This document shows, piece after piece, positions 17,242 to 25,166 of a stretch of 33,610 bases of DNA. The notes beneath the pieces are model-generated. The model did no database searches, had not been told where the DNA came from, and saw only the letters and a list, made by a program, of their open reading frames with translations. Position 1 is the stretch's first letter. Every line of letters starts with the position of its first letter. The stretch is taken from IMG/VR virus record IMGVR_UViG_3300020045_003930, positions 1 through 33,610 of that record; one strand, 5' to 3'. The DNA comes from a virus. Its lineage: Duplodnaviria; Caudoviricetes. A program made the position numbers and the translations under genes.

Positions 17242-17439
17242 TTATTTCGCCCTTTCTTTGTATTTTGTGTATCGCCAAGCTGTACGCTCAGTCTCGATGC
17301 GTTTCCACACGGCTTCGCGCTGGTCGTCAGTCATTTCAAGCCAAAGGCACACCTCGGGGAAGGTACGCCCGCAGCCTTTGCAGAGGTCGTCGCCTTGGCT
17401 TGTAGAGCAAATGGCGATGCAGGGGCTACTTGGGCGCAT
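17242..17439 (-). CDS. DUF1289 family Cys-rich protein
   Basis: SPCIAICS....DLCKGCGRT..EV..W..M...R..VW. Confidence 0.8.
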   Translation of the reverse strand: MRPSSPCIAICSTSQGDDLCKGCGRTFPEVCLWLEMTDDQREAVWKRIETERTAWRYTKYKERAK

Positions 17440-17445
17440 GATCTG

Positions 17446-17943
17446 TCATGGCTGGCCCCAGTTGTCGGCTTTGAGCGCCAGTGCATAGAGGTCTTCTGAC
17501 TCATCGTCTGCTGGCTTGTCTGCTGGCGTGATGCCGTGGTGCTTTTCAACTCGGCGCGCAAGGTCATGCGCGTAGTCATCCCACGCAATGCCTTCCGCCA
17601 ACTCTTCTATCTGGTCGTCGCTCAGCGGCACCCGCTTGGTTTGCTGCGCCTGCTTCAACTTTCGCAGTTCGCCCCACTCTTGCTCTAGCTGCGCACGCTC
17701 CCGGATGAACGACTTTGGCTGCGCGTCAGCTTCCAGCATGTCGGCTGCTTTTCCGAGTATTTCGATGCCAAACCCGCGCAATACTGCAATCATCGTTCTA
17801 CGCTCACCGCTTGGCTCAGTCGCCAGATACTCGCGGGCTGCTTTGATGGCAGCATCGGCTTTGTCTAATGCAGCGTAAGTTTGCTCTGTGTCTGATAATT
17901 TCTCTAAAGCCTCAACTAACTGAGTTACAAGTGTGCGGCTCAT
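17446..17943 (-). CDS. Hypothetical phage protein
   Basis: ATGA-coupled. PLSDDQI..ARRVEKHHGI motif. Confidence 0.65.
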   Translation of the reverse strand: MSRTLVTQLVEALEKLSDTEQTYAALDKADAAIKAAREYLATEPSGERRTMIAVLRGFGIEILGKAADMLEADAQPKSFIRERAQLEQEWGELRKLKQAQQTKRVPLSDDQIEELAEGIAWDDYAHDLARRVEKHHGITPADKPADDESEDLYALALKADNWGQP

Positions 17944-18248
17944 GGCATAGCCTTTCCAATTTCAGCCGCTGCACGCACGATAGCTCGTCTAGTAGCTGTG
18001 TATGGTTCGCCGGCCTCTGGCTCCCAAAACTCTCTCAAGCCAAAGAATGCACATGCTCGTTCGCCCATGTGAGCGATGCGAATACCCAGCTTCACAGCAA
18101 GCCTCAGCGCGTCACCGTCATCAGTGAGTGGGTTCCAGCACGCAATGAATTTTTCTACGAACTCACCACGAGCGTTAGTAACTGTCATGTATTTGACCTC
18201 GCGGCCTTCAGCCTTAGCCGCCAGTTCTAGTAGTTCACGGTCTGTCAT
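17940..18248 (-). CDS. Phage protein (MTDRELLELAAKA..WNPL.DDGDALRLAV family)
   Basis: Widespread phage motif ending RRAIVRAAAEIG. Confidence 0.75.
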   Translation of the reverse strand: MTDRELLELAAKAEGREVKYMTVTNARGEFVEKFIACWNPLTDDGDALRLAVKLGIRIAHMGERACAFFGLREFWEPEAGEPYTATRRAIVRAAAEIGKAMP

Positions 18249-18679
18249 GGCTTTTCTCCTTGGGCTGCTTTCAGCATTGCTGCGTAACCGTGCAATTCAT
18301 CTGCCATCGGGTAGCGTGTCTTTGGCTCAAGGCCCTGATTGACAGCCTCGATAAACTTCGACGCCTCGTACAGTATTTCAATTAACCCGCAAGGCACTGC
18401 TGTCGTGGCTTGTGGCTGGGGTGGGTGCAGGTAGAGTGGAGCCCACTCCCAACCGTCTGCGGCAATTACGGGCCTCAAGCATGTGACGCTATCTGGGTCA
18501 AAGTCGTCGCACTGCATATCTCGCTCAATCCAAGCCAAAGGCTCCACCGCCTGCGCAATCTCGGCTTCCAGTGCTTTGCGTAGCTCGTTGATGTATTCGG
18601 CGGTGTGTGGCTGGTCTTTCCAGCTTGGTGAGTTCCAGCGGTCTATGACGGCTTGGGCTGCTTTTTGTAGGGGTGTCAT
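18245..18679 (-). CDS. Hypothetical phage protein
   Basis: Likely ATG 18679 in an ATGA overlap. EP.AW..PLY..PP pattern. Confidence 0.65.
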   Translation of the reverse strand: MTPLQKAAQAVIDRWNSPSWKDQPHTAEYINELRKALEAEIAQAVEPLAWIERDMQCDDFDPDSVTCLRPVIAADGWEWAPLYLHPPQPQATTAVPCGLIEILYEASKFIEAVNQGLEPKTRYPMADELHGYAAMLKAAQGEKP

Positions 18680-18843
18680 ATCCAATACCCTTTGTGTTTT
18701 GTTGACGCTGCGGCTTCTTCCAGCTTCGTCCTGACAGTTTCTAGCTGTGTCAAGAGTTCATAGACACGCTTTTTTTCTTGCTCAAGAGCGACGGTTAATT
18801 GCCCGATGATTTCGTCGCGCAGGTCTTTTTCGGGTGTCTTCAT
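18676..18843 (-). CDS. Small coiled-coil protein, 55 aa (absent from ORF track)
   Basis: MKTPEKDLRDEIIGQLTVALEQEKKRVYELLTQLETVRTKLEEAAASTKHKGYWI*. ATGA overlaps at both ends. Confidence 0.7.
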   Translation of the reverse strand: MKTPEKDLRDEIIGQLTVALEQEKKRVYELLTQLETVRTKLEEAAASTKHKGYWI

Positions 18844-19061
18844 TTCGCTGGTCTCGTGTTGGGTAAGTTACAGGCGTCGTAAAGGTTGCACATTGCAATC
18901 TGCGAGTGGTAGCGGCCCTTGGCTTTGTGGACTGCTTGAACAAGTGCAATCAAGTCGGCTCGGCAGGCTTGGCCGTACTCAATGACGTCTTTGTAGTGGA
19001 CGACTGAGCATCCAAGGGCTTTTTCTAGGCCGGAATTTTTTGGCAGTGGCGGCAAGCTCAT
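18840..19061 (-). CDS. Small hypothetical protein
   Basis: ATGA overlaps. Confidence 0.65.
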   Translation of the reverse strand: MSLPPLPKNSGLEKALGCSVVHYKDVIEYGQACRADLIALVQAVHKAKGRYHSQIAMCNLYDACNLPNTRPAK

Positions 19062-19831
19062 AGCACCGCCTTCAGTGCTGCTTCAGCACCAATCGCCATA
19101 GCTACGCTGCGCTGGTTGCCGTATCTGCGCATTTCAATGCAGACATCTAGCGCCAGCCTTGCCGCATCTTTGAGTGCCGCATTCTCAGCACGCATCAGGC
19201 TTACTGCCGTGGACTCTGGCCTAGCAAGTTCGGATTTGAGTGCGTCACGCTCTTTCAAAGCCTTTGCCAACGCATCTGATAAGGAGGTGACTAGGCGACT
19301 GGCAGTCTCATAGCGGGCAGAGAGATCGTCACGCTCTACCTTGTGCGCTGCTGCCATGGTGTCGGCGGCTTCGGCATAGGCGTCGCGGCTTTCTGCGACT
19401 TCAAGCTGCTGCGCCAGAAGCGCGTCGTGCTTTTCAATCCAGTGGGCGACTTGCTTTGCATAGAGATTGACGGCTGCGCGCTCTGTCTCTAATGCAAGTT
19501 GCAGAGCTTCGACTTGATCTGCAAGTTTTTCAATCTTTGGGTGAGGCTCAAGCGTGTCGGCTGCGGGGTCGATCAACTCATTTCGCGGGTCTATCAGCAC
19601 TGACATGCCAAAAGTCACGCGGAAAATGGAGCCTTTGCGCGCAATGCCCTGCAAAGCCGAAATGATCTTTAGATGCTGCTCATCGGGATCGTCTTCGAGC
19701 CATTCAATGTCATCAGATTCGGGGTCGGCGCAGGCCTGCTTAGGGCACATGCCATCCACTAAGTCTTCAACAAACCGCGAGAGTTCAAGCGCCATTTCAA
19801 TGTCGGCGGTTGATGCTTTTGCCATCTTCAT
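19058..19831 (-). CDS. Hypothetical protein with C-terminal coiled coil
   Basis: 257 aa, ATGA-coupled, with a GGAG RBS. Confidence 0.7.
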   Translation of the reverse strand: MKMAKASTADIEMALELSRFVEDLVDGMCPKQACADPESDDIEWLEDDPDEQHLKIISALQGIARKGSIFRVTFGMSVLIDPRNELIDPAADTLEPHPKIEKLADQVEALQLALETERAAVNLYAKQVAHWIEKHDALLAQQLEVAESRDAYAEAADTMAAAHKVERDDLSARYETASRLVTSLSDALAKALKERDALKSELARPESTAVSLMRAENAALKDAARLALDVCIEMRRYGNQRSVAMAIGAEAALKAVL

Positions 19832-20022
19832 TTCGTTTCTCCTTCAGGCGCAATTCGCATCGCGCAAAAAATGTTGTGAATAAATGGTGGCGGCTCAGTC
19901 ATCCAAGGCTGGCGCTCACCGTGTACTGTCTCTGTGTACCGCTGGCAGTCGCGGCAGGGCACGGCGGGGATGCCGTAGGGCTTGTGGCCAACGCAGCGGG
20001 CGATGTCGAATGGCAAACTCAT
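19828..20022 (-). CDS. Small Cys-rich protein
   Basis: Likely ATG 20022 in an ATGA overlap. LPFDIARC..C..C.R. Confidence 0.65.
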   Translation of the reverse strand: MSLPFDIARCVGHKPYGIPAVPCRDCQRYTETVHGERQPWMTEPPPFIHNIFCAMRIAPEGETK

Positions 20023-20420
20023 AAAACCCCCCAATACAAAAAATACGGGCTAGGAATGCCGGTCACGACTTCCCGGTAAACCAGTCCGGCTTTGTAAGCG
20101 TCCTTCAATAGCCATGCTGATGTTTTTTCTTTTTCATTTCGTTCCTTTGCGATTGTTGATATGGTCATGGCGTATTTACCAATCATCCATTTTGCCATGC
20201 GTTCGTAAGCCAACTCCTTGTAGCGTTCTTGTTTTCTACGTCCTGACGCTGTTTTCTCAGTCACTTGCGCATTTTTCTCTTTAAGCAAGCGGCCCCAAAA
20301 GACGCCCTCACGATAGGGTGGCCAGGCTACACCGGGCACCAAGGTAGTCTTAATCGTAGTCTCACGCACCGGGCATCCGTGGACCTGAGTGCATTTCCCG
20401 TAATCATCGCAGCAGTTCAT
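20019..20420 (-). CDS. Hypothetical protein (MNCCD..G.CTQ...CPVR N-terminus)
   Basis: AAGGAAAAC RBS. The C-terminus is basic and possibly wHTH-like. Confidence 0.65.
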   Translation of the reverse strand: MNCCDDYGKCTQVHGCPVRETTIKTTLVPGVAWPPYREGVFWGRLLKEKNAQVTEKTASGRRKQERYKELAYERMAKWMIGKYAMTISTIAKERNEKEKTSAWLLKDAYKAGLVYREVVTGIPSPYFLYWGVL

Positions 20421-20459
20421 GTTTTCCTTTTGTGGCCCGCTGTTGATGCGGGCGGGTTG

Positions 20460-20654
20460 TTAGGCGGCGCGCAAAGCGTCGTAAATCTGTCCGGCAAATT
20501 TCATGTAAGCGCCTTCACCAAAAAGCATATCAAATGCCACTTTAATATCAACGCCAGAGTCAGTCAGGCTTTTAATTACAACAGAAAAAACCACGTTTTT
20601 GTCCGTTGTTCCGATTATTTCTGCTACTTTGTTGAGTTGAGTTGCTGTAAACAT
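20460..20654 (-). CDS. First gene of the leftward early arm, 64 aa
   Basis: AAGGATACGAAATG start directly after a promoter. Confidence 0.7.
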   Translation of the reverse strand: MFTATQLNKVAEIIGTTDKNVVFSVVIKSLTDSGVDIKVAFDMLFGEGAYMKFAGQIYDALRAA

Positions 20655-20682
20655 TTCGTATCCTTCGTTTGTTGATGCCTCT

Positions 20683-20753
20683 ATTGTGCCACAACAAAAC
20701 AGGCTTCACAAACTTTTTTAAACTTTTTTTCTCGATGTTTTCGCGCATAGAAT
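20683..20753. promoter_or_regulatory. Divergent promoter region
   Basis: Leftward TTGTGA-N17-CACAAT with a TGTGG extension and an upstream A-tract. Rightward TAGAAT at 20748-20753. Confidence 0.6.
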
Positions 20754-20795
20754 CGGCGTTCACGCGACTAACTTTCAACACTTTAAAGGACTAGG

Positions 20796-21014
20796 ATGAC
20801 TTTTACCGAATGGCGTGAAGCCTACTCACAACACGGAATGATGAATGAAGCTATGGCCAGAGCCGCATGGAATGACTCACGCAAAAACACCATTTATGAG
20901 ATCTGTGCAATGCTGCGCCGGGGTGGTGCTGACTTGCCAATAAACGACGGCATGAATGCCATTGAAAAAGGTGCAAGCGTAGCATTGTGTTTCATTGAGG
21001 ACTTGGATAAATGA
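20796..21014 (+). CDS. Small hypothetical protein
   Basis: AAAGGA RBS. ATGA-coupled to the primase. Confidence 0.65.
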   Translation: MTFTEWREAYSQHGMMNEAMARAAWNDSRKNTIYEICAMLRRGGADLPINDGMNAIEKGASVALCFIEDLDK

Positions 21015-23026
21015 GCAGCTTAAAAAACATATTCCCCACTGGCTTCAGACCACCAGTCGAGTTACCAATCTTACCGCCTGAACATCAGCTGCGAGTAGCC
21101 ATGTCAGACGCGGGCATTCAGCCGCCTGATGACTTGGTGCTAGATGGTACGCTTCGGCGGTTCTCCACTACGGGGAAGAAAAAGGATTTATCAGGGTGGT
21201 ACGTCATTCACGATGGAGACATTCCAGCGGGGGCATTTGGAGACTGGAAAACAGGCCAGGAGGTTCAGTTCCGGGCTGACATTGGCCGTGACTTGACTTT
21301 TCAAGAGTCAGCTATTCACCATAAAAGAATGTCAGAGCTAAAAGCCAAGCGGGAAAAAGAGGTCACTGAGTCCAGGGAGTACGCGGCTTTTCACGCGGCT
21401 AAATTGTGGGAGTCTGCACAGCTTGCCAGTGATGACCACCCATACATCAAGCGCAAGGGAATCACTAACCCAGGGTGGCGCATTGCACCAGATGGTAGGC
21501 TTATCGCGCCAATGATGATTGATGGTGAGATCAGGAGCCTGCAATATATTGACAGTGACGGCAGCAAGATGTTTCTTAAAGGCGGGCAGGCTGGTGGTGC
21601 TTGGTGGTCAATCGGGCCAGATTACACCAAGGGCGACGGGCGCATTTACTTTGCTGAAGGGATCGCCACTGCCGCATCCATTTTTGAGGCCACTGGTAAG
21701 CCCGTGGTGGTGACGTATTCGGCGGGCAATATGTCGGCAGTTATTCAAGCGGTTAGGGCTTCTGTCGGGCCATTGCGTGACCTTGTTATTGTGGCTGACC
21801 ATGATGAATCAGGGGTTGGCAAGCGCGAAGCGGATAAGGCGGCATTGCTTGCAGGGGCCACAGTCATCATGACTGATAGCCAAGGGGATGCAAATGATTT
21901 CGCGCAGGCTGGGGGGGATTTGGCGGGGTTGTTGGAGCCAGTGGAATCAAAAGATGATTACCTAATCAGTGCCGATGACTTTAGCGCACAACCTGCACCG
22001 ATTAAATGGCTTATTAAAGGATGGCTACAGGAATCAGGCTTGTCTATGGTTCATGGGCCATCAGGTGGCGGAAAGACGTTTGTTGTGCTTGATTGGTGCT
22101 TACATATTGCCAGTGATTTGCCATTATGGGCCGGAATGAAAGTAAAGCACGGTGAAGTAGTTTATTTGGCTGGTGAGGGACATCATGGTTTACGTGGTCG
22201 AGTTGCTGCATGGAAGCATTCACATGGTATTAATAAATTGAATATGTGGTTATCTAAGGCAGGTGTAGATTTAAATACACCAGCAGGATATACAAAGGTA
22301 AAAAAATCTATTGATTCATTATCTATTAGGCCAAAGTTAATAGTTGTTGATACTCTTCACCGTTTTCTAAGTGGTGACGAAAATAGTGCAGAAGATGCAA
22401 AAACAATGGTTGATGCTTGCGCTGGACTAATGCGAGATTACGAATGTTCTGTTTTATTGGTTCACCATACAGGTGTTTCAGCAGAGGCTCAAGAACGCGG
22501 TCGCGGGTCTAGCTCATGGAAGGGTGCGCTGGAAAACGAGGTAAGCATTGTCCCAGCTAAAAATGATAAGCCAATCGAGATAGCTGCACGCAAGGCTAAA
22601 GATGCTGAAATGCCAGCGCCTATTTTTGCGCAGTTAAGTAGCGTTGCCATTCCTGGTTGGTTTGACGAAGACGGAGAGCAGGTAACAAATGCAGTTATAG
22701 CCATTTGTGACTCACCAGAAAAAGATGATGAAGTTCTAAAGGAGAAGGCATCATTAACATCAGCACGGCGCTATTTTGAAGCTGCTGTTATGGCTGTTGG
22801 CAGACCAGAGGGCGGCCTACCATTCATTAGCTCAGACGCTTGGAACGGATATAGCTCGTCACGTGAGCACGCAAGCGACGGCGCAAGGCGTACAGCCCTA
22901 TCAAATGCGAAAAAAGATTTGCTAGCGGCTAATTACATCATGGAAAAGAACGGTGGTTTTTCACCAACTCCAGAATCCATGACGGGCGTTTTTGCTGGGG
23001 CTTTCATTGGGCTTCGGCCTTATTAA
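21011..23026 (+). CDS. Primase-helicase (Toprim + AAA_25/RepA-like SF4 helicase)
   Basis: HPYIKRKGI, AEGIATA, ADHD..G, GDAND, Walker A GPSGGGKT, VVDTL, VHHTG and RGSS. Confidence 0.92.
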   Translation: MSSLKNIFPTGFRPPVELPILPPEHQLRVAMSDAGIQPPDDLVLDGTLRRFSTTGKKKDLSGWYVIHDGDIPAGAFGDWKTGQEVQFRADIGRDLTFQESAIHHKRMSELKAKREKEVTESREYAAFHAAKLWESAQLASDDHPYIKRKGITNPGWRIAPDGRLIAPMMIDGEIRSLQYIDSDGSKMFLKGGQAGGAWWSIGPDYTKGDGRIYFAEGIATAASIFEATGKPVVVTYSAGNMSAVIQAVRASVGPLRDLVIVADHDESGVGKREADKAALLAGATVIMTDSQGDANDFAQAGGDLAGLLEPVESKDDYLISADDFSAQPAPIKWLIKGWLQESGLSMVHGPSGGGKTFVVLDWCLHIASDLPLWAGMKVKHGEVVYLAGEGHHGLRGRVAAWKHSHGINKLNMWLSKAGVDLNTPAGYTKVKKSIDSLSIRPKLIVVDTLHRFLSGDENSAEDAKTMVDACAGLMRDYECSVLLVHHTGVSAEAQERGRGSSSWKGALENEVSIVPAKNDKPIEIAARKAKDAEMPAPIFAQLSSVAIPGWFDEDGEQVTNAVIAICDSPEKDDEVLKEKASLTSARRYFEAAVMAVGRPEGGLPFISSDAWNGYSSSREHASDGARRTALSNAKKDLLAANYIMEKNGGFSPTPESMTGVFAGAFIGLRPY

Positions 23027-23031
23027 CTGGT

Positions 23032-23148
23032 TGTTAGTTGATGTTAGCTAACTGTTAGATACTTGACTAGCTAACAGGGGGATTATGATTGACTTCTGTT
23101 AGATGTATGTTAGGATGGCGCGTAAGCGCCACCTTAACCAGCTAACAG
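23032..23148. repeat. Cluster of TGTTAG/CTAACA repeats with a hairpin; putative replication origin
   Basis: TGTTAG at 23032, 23042, 23053, 23097 and 23108. CTAACA at 23071 and 23142. Hairpin TGGCGC-GTAA-GCGCCA at 23116-23131. Confidence 0.65.
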
Positions 23149-23220
23149 TATCAATCGGATTTTTTTGCTGACTGTGTTTAGGCTTGTAGCTCAAAATCAA
23201 CTTTTAAAACTGGATTTAAA

Positions 23221-23580
23221 ATGACTGACAAAAAAATGACGTTTCCAACTTGTGCTGCTGAATTTTTAAGCGCAATTTCTCATGATCTTGAAATATGGCA
23301 AGTAGCAATCATTGATGCAGAAATTGATGACGAACAAAACAAAAGTAGGGTTGTTTTTTGGCTTGCTAGTGATACGGTAATGACTGCTTATGTAGCCAAT
23401 GAGTACGGTCGAATGATTGTCAACATCAGTGGCGCATATCACTTTGATCTAAACAGAATCAATGAAAATTTGGAATACACATGGCTAAAACATCTTTTGA
23501 ACAAAGGATGGGCTACAGATCATCAGATTGAACTTGTTAAAAAGTTGGAAAAACTATTTCAAGGCTACGTAAAAAATTGA
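23221..23580 (+). CDS. Hypothetical protein
   Basis: 119-aa AT-rich ORF. Confidence 0.65.
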   Translation: MTDKKMTFPTCAAEFLSAISHDLEIWQVAIIDAEIDDEQNKSRVVFWLASDTVMTAYVANEYGRMIVNISGAYHFDLNRINENLEYTWLKHLLNKGWATDHQIELVKKLEKLFQGYVKN

Positions 23581-23594
23581 TGTAAAATCCACAT

Positions 23595-23688
23595 AACCAG
23601 TCAATCGGTCACGGGTTTATCACTTTTTCCCTTCCTACCGAGTTGAGCGCTATGCCGGGCTAGCGTCTATGACTGGAGCCCGGCACCA
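23595..23688 (+). ncRNA. Candidate structured RNA (three-way junction + pseudoknot, 3' CCA)
   Basis: Four complementary pairs of 5-9 bp within 94 nt. TAAAAT -10-like hexamer at 23583-23588. Confidence 0.55.
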
Positions 23689-23713
23689 TTTATCAACAAA
23701 TGAAAGTCAACAA

Positions 23714-24193
23714 ATGAAAACCACAGCTAACCAATTACTTAATAAAGCTGCAAGCCATATGCAGGCCCGTGCAGCGACTTATGATAAGCCAGAAGGTGAG
23801 CGGAGTATGGCTGCTACTGTTACAGCTTATAACGCTGTGACGGGACAATCATTAACTGAGGCTAATGGGTTTTTGTTAATGAGCATTTTAAAGATGGTGC
23901 GAGATAATCAACGCAATGAGCCTCATACTGATTCTGTTGAGGATTTAATTGCTTACTCTGCCTTATATGGTGAGGCGCGGTTGAATAGTATTAAAGCTGT
24001 TGATAATATTAATTCAGCGGTTGATAATGATTGGATTGTTTGGAATGGTTATAGCGAATGCCCGGTTAATATTGATTCTGTAATATCTGTTAAATCTAGA
24101 AATTTAAAAGTAAATACAAATATTGCAGGAATTTATAGCTGGAAACATTCAAATAATGATAATGACATCATCGCCTACCGAGTGGTAAAATAA
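23714..24193 (+). CDS. DUF6378-like protein fused to a W.G..ECPV..DIIAYRV domain
   Basis: Likely start ATG 23714. R...YD..ERSM..LKMVR..HTDSVEDLIAYSAL. Confidence 0.7.
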   Translation: MKTTANQLLNKAASHMQARAATYDKPEGERSMAATVTAYNAVTGQSLTEANGFLLMSILKMVRDNQRNEPHTDSVEDLIAYSALYGEARLNSIKAVDNINSAVDNDWIVWNGYSECPVNIDSVISVKSRNLKVNTNIAGIYSWKHSNNDNDIIAYRVVK

Positions 24194-24196
24194 TCC

Positions 24197-24748
24197 ATGA
24201 CTAAGCCACTAACACCAAAACAGGAATCATTCGTTTATAAGGACAACATGGTTTACTATGTTTATGGACTTATCGACCCAAGAGATGGCAAATGCTTTTA
24301 TATTGGAAAAGGCAAAGGCAAAAGAGCATGGGACCATGTTAAGAAATGCAGGTCAGGACATATTGATAACGGTGCGAAGCATATGCGCATCAAAGAGATT
24401 TTAAAATCTGGAATGTGTGTAATTGTCAAAATGATGAAGACACATATTTCAGAATCAGAAGCGTTTGAATTAGAGCGCGAACTTATTTCAAAAGACAAGC
24501 AAGAACTGACAAACATCATGAATGGCTGTAGATCGTCAGATGAAAAACATCAGGCGTTTGCCAAAGACCAACTTGATTTCATGAAAGATGAAGATTCTTG
24601 GATTAAAGGATGGCATCCAGACTGCATCAAGGGATTCAACGGCGAGACTGGAGCTAGAGCCTTTTACCGTAAATTTGTTGCTTGGCTTACACCAATGAGC
24701 AATGGTGAAGAGTACAAAGAATTCAAATATAAAAATGCTCACGCCTAA
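24197..24748 (+). CDS. GIY-YIG endonuclease (LEM-3-like) with a TerS-like N-terminal peptide
   Basis: YYVYGLIDPRD...FYIGKGKG.R...H, EAFELERELI and LTN. Confidence 0.8.
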   Translation: MTKPLTPKQESFVYKDNMVYYVYGLIDPRDGKCFYIGKGKGKRAWDHVKKCRSGHIDNGAKHMRIKEILKSGMCVIVKMMKTHISESEAFELERELISKDKQELTNIMNGCRSSDEKHQAFAKDQLDFMKDEDSWIKGWHPDCIKGFNGETGARAFYRKFVAWLTPMSNGEEYKEFKYKNAHA

Positions 24749-25166
24749 ACAGGAAAATTTCTGTCGTGTATATCGTGAGACTGGCAATGCTACTGAGGCA
24801 TATCGTCAGTCTTATGATGTGTCACGCATGAAACCCGAGAGCATTAATCGCAAGGCCAAAGAAGTTTTGGATAACGGCAATATATCGGCAAGATTGGACG
24901 AGCTTGGCGCAGCTACAGCAAAGCGTCATGAAATAACAATTGACGACTTGATTGAAGAGCTTGAGCAGGCAAGACAAACCGCATTGAGTTGCGATCAATC
25001 ATCGGCAGCAGTAAGCGCCACAATGGGTAAAGCAAAGCTTTTGGGAATGGATAAGCAAGTTGTTGACCACACATCAAGCGACAATTCAATGAGCCCGAAA
25101 CCAGCTATCGAACTGGACGCGAAGATGGTTAAAAGCATCCTAGAGAAAATAAGTGCTGACATCTGA
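24735..25166 (+). CDS. terS: Terminase small subunit
   Basis: Likely start ATG 24735. LTPKQENFC..Y...GNATEAYRQSY..MGKAKLLG. Confidence 0.9.
   Translation: MLTPKQENFCRVYRETGNATEAYRQSYDVSRMKPESINRKAKEVLDNGNISARLDELGAATAKRHEITIDDLIEELEQARQTALSCDQSSAAVSATMGKAKLLGMDKQVVDHTSSDNSMSPKPAIELDAKMVKSILEKISADI

Noticed and set aside
20654-21014. Lysogeny switch (cI/cro)
   Set aside because: The flanking ORFs lack recognisable HTH or peptidase motifs and no integrase or att site is seen. Lifestyle cannot be determined from this window.
23595-23688. tRNA gene, suggested by the 3' CCA
   Set aside because: No T-arm GTTCRA, no D-arm and no acceptor stem formed with the 5' end. Kept as an unclassified RNA.
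24233-24761. Group I intron splicing terS together
   Set aside because: The insert is coding from end to end, with no room for P3-P9 core elements, and the downstream terS already has a complete N-terminus.
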